Shown: in pieces, positions 8,181 through 18,694 of the stretch | How positions within the stretch are numbered: the stretch's first letter is position 1 | How the letters are laid out: the number at the start of each line of letters is the position of its first letter | From: Pyrinomonadaceae bacterium | GTDB lineage: Bacteria > Acidobacteriota > Blastocatellia > Pyrinomonadales > Pyrinomonadaceae | Direction of reading: 5' to 3' | DNA length: 64,000 bases | NCBI GenBank assembly: GCA_046313635.1 | Contig: JBKBYA010000013.1 | Coordinates: 13,425 to 77,424 of the forward strand | Translations under genes and position numbers: made by a program | The notes under the pieces: model-generated | What the model was told of the DNA's origin: nothing | Databases searched by the model: none | What the model saw: only the letters and a program-made list of their open reading frames with translations

Positions 8181-9095
8181 TTACCAGCTTCCGCCCGAGC
8201 CGCCGCCGCCGAAATCGCCTCCGCCGCCAAAGCCGCCAAAGCCTCCTCCTCCACCGCCGAAGCCGCCGCCGAAGCCTCCCCAATCGCTCGACGATCCGCC
8301 GCGCGACGAGGCCGCGTTCGCGATCATCGAGCCGATGATCCACGGAAGCACGTCGCCGCCGCCTCCGCCGCCCCAGCCCCCGCGTCCGCCGCGGCCGCCG
8401 CGCGACGACAGCATCACGATCAGGAGCAAGATCCCGATGCCGATGAAGCAGATCAGCCCGGAGCCGCTGCTGCGGATGCGAGCAGGCGTGCCGCTGCGGG
8501 GCGTCGGAGTCGGTGTCGCCGATGCGATGCCGCCGCGGCGCTCGTTGATCGTTCGGATGTAGGCGTCGACAGTGTCGGCGATGCCTTTAGCGTAATTGCC
8601 TTTGCGGAACTCAGGCACGAGGTACTGCCGCTGAATGCTGCCGGCGAGCGCGTCAGGCAGCTCGTCCTCGAGATCGCGGCTGATCTGCGTGAAATACTTC
8701 CGGTCGTCGATCGCGACCAGAAGCAAAGCACTCGGGTTGTCGTCCTCTTGTGAACCGATCTTCCAGCCCCGGGCAACGGCAAGCGAATAATCGAAGATGT
8801 CGCGTTCGCCGGTCGTTCGAACCACGACGACGGCGATCTCGGTCGAGGGCGAAGAGGTGTCGCGAAAATTCTTCAGCTTCTCTTCGAGCTGCTGTTTGGT
8901 CGCGGCGTCGATCACGCCGGCGAAGTCATTGACGAATCCGGTCGGTGCGGGCAGCGGGGAAGTGTTGATCGAGAAGTCCTGCGAGCCTGACTGTTCGCCC
9001 TGCGCCAAAACGGCGATGCCCGCGGCGATCATCACGATCGACGCGAGCACACAAGCACGCAGCTTCACCGGGGCAGACATTCTAAACATCGGCAA
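8181..9095 (-). CDS. TPM domain (YgcG-like) protein with Gly-rich tail
   Basis: GFVNDFAGVI, EIAVVVV, WKIG, TM helix, GGFGGFGGGGDFGGGGSGGSW end; exact start uncertain. Confidence 0.9.
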   Translation of the reverse strand: MPMFRMSAPVKLRACVLASIVMIAAGIAVLAQGEQSGSQDFSINTSPLPAPTGFVNDFAGVIDAATKQQLEEKLKNFRDTSSPSTEIAVVVVRTTGERDIFDYSLAVARGWKIGSQEDDNPSALLLVAIDDRKYFTQISRDLEDELPDALAGSIQRQYLVPEFRKGNYAKGIADTVDAYIRTINERRGGIASATPTPTPRSGTPARIRSSGSGLICFIGIGILLLIVMLSSRGGRGGRGGWGGGGGGDVLPWIIGSMIANAASSRGGSSSDWGGFGGGFGGGGGGFGGFGGGGDFGGGGSGGSW

Positions 9096-9155
9096 TAAAA
9101 TAATTTTGCCAGATATGGGTTGAATACGAAAGAAATGGTCCGGGCGTTCCGCGAG

Positions 9156-10958
<1,803 letters not shown>

Positions 10959-10963
10959 CGGTA

Positions 10964-11044
10964 GAAAGGATAAAGGATGAAGGATGAAGGATAAAGGGAA
11001 GAGCGGCGATCGTGCGGCCGCGGTCCCTGATCCTTCATCCTTTA
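10964..11044. repeat. Inverted heptamer array (AAGGATR / ATCCTTY)
   Basis: AAGGATA AAGGATG AAGGATG AAGGATA ... GTCCCTG ATCCTTC ATCCTTT between ffs and dnaX. Confidence 0.75.
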
Positions 11045-11050
11045 AGAAAC

Positions 11051-11154
11051 TGGTGGCTTCAGACTTACCCGCAACACAGGCTGAAATCGCTACCGTTGCT
11101 CGATTCCTCGCCTAGCGGATTCACGACTCAAACCTTGTGCGGAGCCTGAAGCCG
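11051..11154 (-). ncRNA. ffs: Signal recognition particle RNA (4.5S, small bacterial type)
   Basis: Minus strand CCGC-TAGG-CGA-GGAA-TCG-AGCA-ACGG domain IV motif; ends GGCTTCAG/CTGAAGCC pair; directly upstream of dnaX. Confidence 0.9.
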
Positions 11155-11160
11155 TATGTG

Positions 11161-11240
11161 AATTTTGGATTTTAGATTTTGGATTGTCGAAAAACGGTCG
11201 CTTACTTCAATCCGAAATCCGAAATCTAAAATCCAAAATC
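11161..11240. repeat. Inverted heptamer array (TTTTGGA / AATCCRA)
   Basis: TTTTGGA TTTTAGA TTTTGGA ... AATCCGA AATCCGA AATCTAA AATCCAA. Confidence 0.85.
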
Positions 11241-11244
11241 GATC

Positions 11245-11335
11245 TGGCGGAAAGGGTGGGATTCGAACCCACGGTACCCTTTTGAGGTACACAGCATTTC
11301 CAGTGCTGCCAGTTCAACCACTCCTGCACCTTTCC
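11245..11335 (-). tRNA. tRNA-Ser (anticodon GGA)
   Basis: GGAAAGG acceptor, CAGCA-CTGGAAA-TGCTG anticodon arm, long variable arm, GGTTCGAATCC, encoded CCA. Confidence 0.96.
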
Positions 11336-11344
11336 GGGAATTAA

Positions 11345-11412
11345 AAATTCCAAATTTCAAATTCCAAATTTAGGCTTGCCTCGATCAATCTGGAATTTGG
11401 AATTTGGAATCC
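11345..11412. repeat. Inverted heptamer array (AATTCCA / AATTTGG)
   Basis: AATTCCA AATTTCA AATTCCA ... AATCTGG AATTTGG AATTTGG between the two tRNAs. Confidence 0.85.
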
Positions 11413-11423
11413 TTAATCGATCG

Positions 11424-11514
<91 letters not shown>

Positions 11515-11570
11515 GCGCGAAGTGTTAATTCTAAGTGCCGCCTTCGGAATGCGCAAGTCACGATCAAAAA

Positions 11571-11735
11571 GTCAGAACCGCCCCGCGTAAGCGGGCGGGT
11601 CGAACCATCGGCGACTTATTTGTCGGGGAAATACGCGAGAGATCGCGAAAGCAAATTGGGCGAAAGAGCCCGCCCGCTTGCGCGGGTGGTTCTGACGGGC
11701 AAAAGAGCCCGCCCGCTTACGCGGGTGGTTCTGAC
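11571..11735. repeat. REP-like cluster, three copies of about GTCAGAACCACCCGCGTAAGCGGGCGGG
   Basis: One forward copy 11571-11599; two inverted copies within 39-bp direct repeats 11658-11696 and 11697-11735. Confidence 0.85.
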
Positions 11736-12196
11736 CGGCGTCTTGCTCTGAAAAACTCCTGCATCAGCGAGCGGCATTCTTCCTGCAGCACTCCGCCGCG
11801 GATCTCAAAGCGGTGATTCAACAGTTCGCTCGTTCCGATGCCGAAATGCGTGACCAGTCCGCCAAAGCGCTCGTCGGCAGCGCCGTAAACCACGCGTGCG
11901 ACCCGCGCACCGACGAGAGCACCGGCGCACATTACGCACGGTTCGATGGTCGTGTAGAGCGTTGTGCCGGTGAGGCGATAGTTGCCGAGCTTGCGCGCGG
12001 CCTCGCGCAGGGCGAGGACCTCGGCGTGGGCGGTCGGGTCGCTCTCGGCGATCGTACGATTCGAGGCCGATGCGAGCAACTCACCATTCTCGTCGACAAC
12101 GCACGCTCCGACGGGCACCTCGTCGAGGTCGCGAGCCTCGCGTGCGCGTGCGAGGGCCTCGCGCATCCAGATCTCGTCTTCGATCGTCTCGTGCAT
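11717..12196 (-). CDS. tadA: tRNA adenosine(34) deaminase
   Basis: EVPVGACVV, DPTAHAE, EPCVMC; start at MHETI (12196). Confidence 0.95.
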   Translation of the reverse strand: MHETIEDEIWMREALARAREARDLDEVPVGACVVDENGELLASASNRTIAESDPTAHAEVLALREAARKLGNYRLTGTTLYTTIEPCVMCAGALVGARVARVVYGAADERFGGLVTHFGIGTSELLNHRFEIRGGVLQEECRSLMQEFFRARRRSEPPA

Positions 12197-12341
12197 CGGT
12201 CTGATTGTAACTCGCCGCCTTGCCCGCTCCAACGACGAGAACATTCGCGAATTCCTTGCATCTAAAGGCCTAGAATGTAAAATGGCGAGTGGCGGGCGGC
12301 AGCCCTGCGGAGCTGCCCGCCGTTCTTTGGACCCTATCATT

Positions 12342-13262
12342 ATGAAAGACGAGGTCAGACTCGGTTCCCCCTCGGTCGGCCAGGCGGTCGACGACGATAT
12401 TCACACAACAAACGTGCCCGAGGCATTCCGTTCTTTTGCCGAGGAGGTCCGCCGCCGAAATCAAAAGGCCAAGTCCACCCCGCTTACCATTGCGCAAAAG
12501 CTGCAGCCCGCCGAATTCAATACCGCGATGGTCCACTTCTACCGCGGCGAGGTGCAGAGGTCAAACACCTGGCGCAACCGCCTCGATACAACGACCAACT
12601 GGGCCGTGATCACGGCGGGCGCGACGCTGTCGTTCGTTTTCAGCTCGCCGGGAAATCCGCATTTCGCCATTCCGATCAACACGCTTTTGGTGGCCACCTT
12701 CCTGATGATGGAGGCGCGGCGCTACCGGTACTACGAGGTCTGGGCCAACCGTGTGCGCGTTGTCGAGACCGGCTACTTTGCGCCGATGCTGTCGCAGCGC
12801 ACGGTGCCGCCCGATCAGGAATGGGCCGAGCACATCTCTGCCGATCTGGTCTCGCCGCACTTCACGATCAGCGAGTGGGAGGCGGTCGGCCGGCGTCTGC
12901 GGGCGAATTATCTCTGGATATTCCTGCTGCTCTCGCTGAGCTGGATGCTGAAGCTGTACATCCATCCCGAGCCGGCGGCGGACGTCGCGGAGTTTGTTCA
13001 GCGCGCAAAGATCGGGCTGCTCCCGGGCCCGGTCGTCTTTGCCGGCCTGATCGGATTCAATATGGCGATGTTCTTTATCGCGATGACGACGCGCAAGCTC
13101 AATCAGTCCTCGAGCGAGGTGCTCCCGATGGCCGACTTTGAATGGCATCCTTTCAAGCAGGTCTCGGACTGGGCCGAGAGCAGCCTCAAACGACGCAGCA
13201 CCATCCGCCGCTCAAAAAAGGCCCGCAACCGCCTGCGGGCGATCCACAAGACAGAGGCGTGA
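12342..13262 (+). CDS. DUF2270 family membrane protein
   Basis: HFYRGEVQRSNTWRNRLDTTTNWAV, EARRYRYY, GRRLRANY; start at MKDEV (12342). Confidence 0.85.
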   Translation: MKDEVRLGSPSVGQAVDDDIHTTNVPEAFRSFAEEVRRRNQKAKSTPLTIAQKLQPAEFNTAMVHFYRGEVQRSNTWRNRLDTTTNWAVITAGATLSFVFSSPGNPHFAIPINTLLVATFLMMEARRYRYYEVWANRVRVVETGYFAPMLSQRTVPPDQEWAEHISADLVSPHFTISEWEAVGRRLRANYLWIFLLLSLSWMLKLYIHPEPAADVAEFVQRAKIGLLPGPVVFAGLIGFNMAMFFIAMTTRKLNQSSSEVLPMADFEWHPFKQVSDWAESSLKRRSTIRRSKKARNRLRAIHKTEA

Positions 13263-13394
13263 CGGCCCTTCAAGCTCCGACGCCCGACACCGCGAGCAGA
13301 ACGACGCCGGTTGTCGGGCATTCGACTTTGTATCGCGCGTGCTGATATTTTTTTTGCTGACCGAAAGATCTTTTTTGACAAGGAGAACCGACAA

Positions 13395-13685
13395 ATGCCG
13401 ATCGAACTGGAAGACCGCGGGCAGGCGCTCGAGAACGAGTACTTTCGCCGCAAAGAGCAGGAACTGATCCAAAAAATGAAGCAGAAGCTCGAGGCCGAGT
13501 CGACGCGCAGCCTCGAGATAAAGTGCCCAAAGTGTGACGGCACGCTGCACGAGACCGACTTTGACGGCGTCAAGATCGACGTCTGCGGCGGCTGCTCGGG
13601 CGTCTGGCTCGACGCGGGCGAGCTGGCGCAGATCGCCGGCAAGGACGAGAAGGGATCGGGCTGGTTTGGGCGATTCTTTTCGTAG
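13395..13685 (+). CDS. zf-TFIIB-like zinc ribbon protein
   Basis: AGGAG RBS; ALENEYF N-terminus; CPKC..IDVCGGCSGVWLDAGEL. Confidence 0.85.
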   Translation: MPIELEDRGQALENEYFRRKEQELIQKMKQKLEAESTRSLEIKCPKCDGTLHETDFDGVKIDVCGGCSGVWLDAGELAQIAGKDEKGSGWFGRFFS

Positions 13686-13706
13686 AGCGCCGAGACCTGG
13701 ATCGAA

Positions 13707-14174
13707 ATGAAAAGCCGATATCTGCACGCGTCGATCGTGATAGCCGCAACCTTTGTGTTGACGGCAGCCGCACTCGCGCAGCAAAAGACGGTCGTCAGCG
13801 ACAAGGCCGCGGCCGCGATGCTGCTCGGCCGGCACCGGCTGTCGCTGCAGTGGGTGAGCTGGGACCGCTTCGGCACGGCGACGGTGACCGATCGCGGCGG
13901 TGTCTATTTGCTCAAGGGCGAGCAGCGCGGACGCGGCCCGTCGCGCGGCGATCACTTGACGATCGACGGGCGGATCACGTCGATCTCGGCGAGAGAATTC
14001 AAGTTCGCCGGCAAGATCGTGACGCGTGTCAGCCATATCAACCGCGGCGAGCCGTGCGTGCGCGAGGGCGAATTCACGTTTCGCATCACCGGCAAGCGGC
14101 GGTACTGGCGTCTGCAGGAAATGGACAATCCGTGCGACGAGGCGACGGATTACGTGGACATTTACTTTAGATAG
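13707..14174 (+). CDS. Hypothetical secreted protein
   Basis: Signal peptide ending ALA-Q; conserved-looking LSLQW and YWRLQEMDNPC..YVDIYF. Confidence 0.75.
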   Translation: MKSRYLHASIVIAATFVLTAAALAQQKTVVSDKAAAAMLLGRHRLSLQWVSWDRFGTATVTDRGGVYLLKGEQRGRGPSRGDHLTIDGRITSISAREFKFAGKIVTRVSHINRGEPCVREGEFTFRITGKRRYWRLQEMDNPCDEATDYVDIYFR

Positions 14175-14207
14175 TTCGAGCGGGCCCGGCCCGCTCTTTG
14201 AGTTTTT

Positions 14208-15479
14208 ATGAAGACACTACTGGCGATCATCCTTACGCTCACGTGCTCGGCATTCGCTTTTTCGCAGACCGATCAGGCAAAGCGCGTCGCCGAGATCCAG
14301 GCCGCGCTGCAAAAGGCGAAACTCGACGGCTGGCTCTTTTACGATTTTCGCGGCAGCGACATTTTGATCCCGCGGATACTGCGCTCCGAGCGTATGAGCG
14401 GCTCGCGCCGCTGGTATTACTACGTCCCGGCGAGGGGCGAGCCGACCAAGGTCGTTCACGCGATCGAGCCCGAAAGGCTCGACGCGCTGCCGGGCAAAAA
14501 GCTTATCTATCGCGAGTGGCAGCTGATCAATTCAAATCTGAAGCAGGCGATCTTCGGCACCGCGAAGGGCAAGACGACCGCCCGCCGGCCGCGCGTCGCG
14601 ATGCAGTACTCGCCAAACAACGACATCCCGTACATCTCGCGGGTGGACGCGGGCACGGTCGAGATGGTCCGCTCGCTCGGCGTCGACGTCGTCACGAGCG
14701 CCGATCTCGTTCAGCAGTTTGAGGCGGTCTGGACGCCCGAGCAGCTCGCGATGCACAACGAGGCCGCGGCGAAGATGCAGAAGATAATTCTCGAGACGTT
14801 TGCCGAGATCAAGCGGCGGATCAGCGACGATGTGCCGACAACCGAGATCGACATTCAGCAGTTCATGATGAAGCGCTACGGCGAGGTCGGCATGCAGCCG
14901 TCGCCGATGATCGTTGCCGTGAACGCAAACGCCGCCTCGCCGCATTACTTTCCGACAAAGGAGCGCAACTCGCCGATCCGCCGCGGCGACCTCGTGCTGA
15001 TCGACACGGTCAGCAAACTCGCCAAGCCAAAAGCTCCGGCCGTCGATATGACCTGGGTCGGCTACGTCGGCGAGACCGTGCCGGAGGAATACACGCGGAT
15101 CTGGAACATCGTCTATGAAGCGCAGCAGGCGGCGTTTAATTTTGTGCGCGATTCGTTTCGCGCCGGTAAGCCGATCCGCGGGGCCGACGTTGACGACGTC
15201 GCCCGCGGCATCATCCGCCGGGCCGGCTACGCGGACCGGTTCCTGCACCGCACCGGCCACTCGATCGGCGAAGAAGGTCACGGCAACGGCGCCAATATCG
15301 ACAATCTCGAGACGCGCGACACGAGGATACTAATTCCCGGAACGGCATTCTCGATCGAGCCGGGGATCTATCTCGAGGGCAAATTCGGCATCCGCTCGGA
15401 GATCGACGTGTACGTCAGCGACCGCGATGCCGTCATCACCGCGCCGCACCAGACCGAGATCATCGCGATAATGAAATAG
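14208..15479 (+). CDS. M24 family metallopeptidase (Xaa-Pro type), secreted
   Basis: Signal peptide; HRTGHSIG, FSIEPGIY, GIRSEID. Confidence 0.9.
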   Translation: MKTLLAIILTLTCSAFAFSQTDQAKRVAEIQAALQKAKLDGWLFYDFRGSDILIPRILRSERMSGSRRWYYYVPARGEPTKVVHAIEPERLDALPGKKLIYREWQLINSNLKQAIFGTAKGKTTARRPRVAMQYSPNNDIPYISRVDAGTVEMVRSLGVDVVTSADLVQQFEAVWTPEQLAMHNEAAAKMQKIILETFAEIKRRISDDVPTTEIDIQQFMMKRYGEVGMQPSPMIVAVNANAASPHYFPTKERNSPIRRGDLVLIDTVSKLAKPKAPAVDMTWVGYVGETVPEEYTRIWNIVYEAQQAAFNFVRDSFRAGKPIRGADVDDVARGIIRRAGYADRFLHRTGHSIGEEGHGNGANIDNLETRDTRILIPGTAFSIEPGIYLEGKFGIRSEIDVYVSDRDAVITAPHQTEIIAIMK

Positions 15480-15508
15480 CTGTCAGCGGTCAGCTTTCAG
15501 CGTTCGGC
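15478..15508. repeat. Left heptamer arm (nnTCAGC)x4
   Basis: AGC TGTCAGC GGTCAGC TTTCAGC GTTCGGC. Confidence 0.85.
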
Positions 15509-15519
15509 AGCGGATTGCT

Positions 15520-15879
15520 ATGAAAGACTTTAGGAAGTTAGCCGTTTGGCAGAAGTCCCATGAATTAGCTTTGGCGGTCTACTCGGTCACCGGCACTTTT
15601 CCGAGAGAAGAGATGTTTGGACTGACAAGCCAATTGAGACGTGCAACAGCGTCGATTCCTGCAAATATCGCGGAAGGTTGCGGTAAAGCGACGGATTCGG
15701 ACTTTGCGCGTTTCCTTCAGATCGCGTTTGGTTCGGCGTGCGAAGTTGAATATCACTTAATCCTATCGCGGGATCTGCGGTACATCGGCGGAGAGAAATA
15801 CGAGGAATTAAACACTGGCCTCGTCGAGATAAAGAGAATGCTCGCGTCGCTGATTTCCACGGTCAGGGCTGAACGCTGA
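15520..15879 (+). CDS. Four helix bundle protein (23S rRNA IVP family)
   Basis: DFRKLAVWQKS, FPREEMFGLTSQLRRATASIPANIAEGCG, FLQIAFGSACEVEY. Confidence 0.95.
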   Translation: MKDFRKLAVWQKSHELALAVYSVTGTFPREEMFGLTSQLRRATASIPANIAEGCGKATDSDFARFLQIAFGSACEVEYHLILSRDLRYIGGEKYEELNTGLVEIKRMLASLISTVRAER

Positions 15880-15902
15880 CCGCTGAAGGCTGAGAGCTTA
15901 CA
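15868..15902. repeat. Right heptamer arm (GCTGAnn)x4-5
   Basis: GCTGAAC GCTGACC GCTGAAG GCTGAGA GCTTACA; reverse complement of the left arm; contains the stop codon. Confidence 0.85.
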
Positions 15903-15904
15903 CT

Positions 15905-16669
15905 ATGCTTAATTTTGCAGTCGAGACTGCCAGGGCCGCGGGCGGCCTGCTTCTGGAAAAGTTTGGCCGCATCACGGCCGTCACTAAAAAGGGCGACATC
16001 AATCTTGTCACCGAGGCTGATCTCGCCTCTGAGGCGTTGATCATCGAGCGGATCAAATCGCACTTTCCGCGGCACTCGATCCTGGCAGAGGAATCGGGCG
16101 AGGCCGTCGTGGTCGGCGGCGACTCGCGTTGGAAGTGGATCATAGACCCGCTCGACGGGACGACCAATTTCGCGCACGGCTACCCGTGCTTTTGCGTCAC
16201 GCTCGCGCTCGAGCACGACGGCGAGGTCGTGATCGGGGTGACGTACGACCCGACCCGAAACGAGCTCTTCACGGCCGAGCGCGGTCAGGGAGCGAGCCTC
16301 AACTTCAAACCGATCCACGTCTCGACGACGCCGAAGCTGAGCGAATCGCTGGTGGTCACGGGCTTCCCGTACGACTTCAAATCCCGAGAGAATTTTGCGC
16401 GGCATTTGACCGAGTTCATGCTCGGCTCTCGCGGCGTGCGGCGTGACGGCTCGGCGGCGATCGATATGGCGTATGTGGCGTGCGGCCGTTTTGACGGCTT
16501 TTGGGAAGAAGGCCTGAATCCGTGGGACGTCGCCGCCGGCGTGCTGATGATCGAGGAGGCCGGCGGCCGCGTCAGTAATTACGACGGTTCAAGGCTGAGC
16601 ATCTACAAGCCCCCGATCTGCGCTTCGAACGGGCTTATACACGACGAGATGATCCGCATCCTCGCCTAG
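15905..16669 (+). CDS. suhB: Inositol monophosphatase family protein
   Basis: LVTEAD, ILAEE, WIIDPLDGTTNFAHG, GSAAIDMAYVACG, PWDVAAG. Confidence 0.92.
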   Translation: MLNFAVETARAAGGLLLEKFGRITAVTKKGDINLVTEADLASEALIIERIKSHFPRHSILAEESGEAVVVGGDSRWKWIIDPLDGTTNFAHGYPCFCVTLALEHDGEVVIGVTYDPTRNELFTAERGQGASLNFKPIHVSTTPKLSESLVVTGFPYDFKSRENFARHLTEFMLGSRGVRRDGSAAIDMAYVACGRFDGFWEEGLNPWDVAAGVLMIEEAGGRVSNYDGSRLSIYKPPICASNGLIHDEMIRILA

Positions 16670-18549
16670 CGGTAAAACGCTCCCGGCACCGGCGCTATGC
16701 CCGTCCACTGTGTCCCGCCGCGGTAACCGGCCGACGACTGCAGGATGTACCAGCCCGAATAATTCCCAAACGACGCACGCTCGACGGCGATATCCGCTCG
16801 GCCGTCGCCGTCGTAATCCGCGACGACCGGCCGATCTCCGGGCACGCCCCAGGAGGCGTAGCTGACCGTCTGGTCCGAACTTCTCAGAACGAAAAAGTCA
16901 GGCTGAGCGGGATCGGCCGTCGCACGAAAAACGGCCGGGTCGGTCCGCCCGTCGCCGTCGTAGTCGGCCGGCACCGCGACATCGGTCGAGACGCCGAATG
17001 GAAATGCGAGATACGAATTGGTCCCACTCTGAAATACGTACCAGGCGCCCTCCGACGGCCGATACACCGCGATGTCGCCGATGCCGTCGCCGTCAAAGTC
17101 CATCATCAGCGGCTTGTCGCCCGATCGGCCGAACTGCTGCGCGTAGACCTGCCCCGAAAGGCTGCGGAGCTGCCACCACTCTCCGCCCGACGGACGAAAG
17201 ATCGCGATATCGGCGCGCCCGTCGCCGTCGAAATCGTTCGGCACGGGAATGTCGCCATTCGCTCCGAACTGCAGTATCCGCGTCGTCGACGTCGCCGAAT
17301 TCAGGATGTACCAGTCGCCGGTCGACGGCCGAAAGACGGCGACGTCCGTGCGGTTGTCACCGTCATAGTCCGCCGGAACGATAACGTCGGTCGGGAGTCC
17401 AAAGGCGACGAGCTGCAGCTGCGAGTCTGAGCTTCTCTCGATGTACCAGCCCTGATTCGAGAAGGATGACAGGTCAGACTTGCCGTCGCCGTCAAAATCG
17501 AATTGGGCGCGAGCGACCCGCTGTATCGCGACGTCGTTGCCGTCGCCGCCGGCGTAGGTGATGCGAAACGCGGTGTTGAGCGGCCCCGCGAAAACCGAGC
17601 CTTCTGGAGCTCCTGCAAACGTGCCGCTGACCGCGTCGGTGCCGTCATTCCGAATGATCACGAACTGCGATCCGACGGCCGGACGAAAGTTTGCCCACGG
17701 CAGCGGCGCGAGGCGGGAGCCGCCGAGGTTGACCGCGCCCGTGACATTCAGCTGATCGTGGCCGTTCGCGCCGGGCGCCGTACCGCCGATCTTGCAGACG
17801 TATGCGCCGTTTGGCGAGAGCGTAAGCCCGTTAGAGATATTCAGGATGCCGGTCGGCGACGTGAGAGTGCCCGCGCTGACGACGCCCTGCACGACGCTGA
17901 CGGCGCCGACCGTCCCCGTGCCGCCAAAGCCGCTGAGGGCAAAGCTCGTCGGGGCCGTGCCGTTGACCGTGACCGAGCTCGACGGGATGTTAGCGTCGAC
18001 GACAAAGATCCCGTCGTTGAGCGTGATCGGCCCGCTAAAGCTCGAGGCAGCGACGATCGCCGCGGCACCGGGGCCGAGCTTGGTGATCGCGCCGGTTCCG
18101 GAGATCAGCCCGATGCCCGTCGTTCCCGCGCCGTCGATGGCCAGAGGGAAGCTGCCGACCGACAGCACGACCAGCGTGGCCGCCGCGCCCTGCCCGGTCG
18201 TAAAGGTCTGCGCCGCGCTCAGGGTGATCGCGAGATTGAAGGTCGAGGTGCCGGCCGCCACGTTCAATCCGGCCGTGAGCCTGATCGGGTTTCCGCCGAA
18301 GGTGTACGTACCGCCCTCGACCGTGATCGAGCGAAACGTGGTCAAGAAAAAGAAATTGTTGTTTGTCGCGAACTGCGCCGCCGCGGCCGGGAAGACGAGA
18401 TCGTCATTCGCCGCCGGCGCGACGTCGCCGACCCAGTTGGCCGCGGTCTGCCAGTTGGCGTCGGCGCCGCCGCCGTCCCAGGTCCTTACGGCCGCTGCCG
18501 ACGCTGAAGTGAAAACAAGAATCGCTACGATGGTGAGGAGTACTCGCAT
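16666..18549 (-). CDS. Secreted protein with autotransporter-associated beta-strand region and C-terminal FG-GAP/VCBS-like repeats
   Basis: Signal peptide, TWDGGG..NWQTAANW, ITKLGPG, repeated D(F/Y)DGDGRxD motifs. Confidence 0.85.
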   Translation of the reverse strand: MRVLLTIVAILVFTSASAAAVRTWDGGGADANWQTAANWVGDVAPAANDDLVFPAAAAQFATNNNFFFLTTFRSITVEGGTYTFGGNPIRLTAGLNVAAGTSTFNLAITLSAAQTFTTGQGAAATLVVLSVGSFPLAIDGAGTTGIGLISGTGAITKLGPGAAAIVAASSFSGPITLNDGIFVVDANIPSSSVTVNGTAPTSFALSGFGGTGTVGAVSVVQGVVSAGTLTSPTGILNISNGLTLSPNGAYVCKIGGTAPGANGHDQLNVTGAVNLGGSRLAPLPWANFRPAVGSQFVIIRNDGTDAVSGTFAGAPEGSVFAGPLNTAFRITYAGGDGNDVAIQRVARAQFDFDGDGKSDLSSFSNQGWYIERSSDSQLQLVAFGLPTDVIVPADYDGDNRTDVAVFRPSTGDWYILNSATSTTRILQFGANGDIPVPNDFDGDGRADIAIFRPSGGEWWQLRSLSGQVYAQQFGRSGDKPLMMDFDGDGIGDIAVYRPSEGAWYVFQSGTNSYLAFPFGVSTDVAVPADYDGDGRTDPAVFRATADPAQPDFFVLRSSDQTVSYASWGVPGDRPVVADYDGDGRADIAVERASFGNYSGWYILQSSAGYRGGTQWTGIAPVPGAFYR

Positions 18550-18694
18550 GCTGTATGGCCTCGATGTCGATCGGTGAAGTTCGCGAGAAAGTTAGCATAG
18601 CCCGCACGGTTATCCAACATCGGCCGCGGCCGGCACGTCGCTTTTTCGCCCAAGGCCGCTGTGCTAACCTTTAACACTTGTAATTTCAATCCTT

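Noticed and set aside
15520..15879. Diversity-generating retroelement suggested by Avd-like proteins
   Set aside because: No reverse transcriptase and no TR/VR pair with adenine-specific differences seen in the window.
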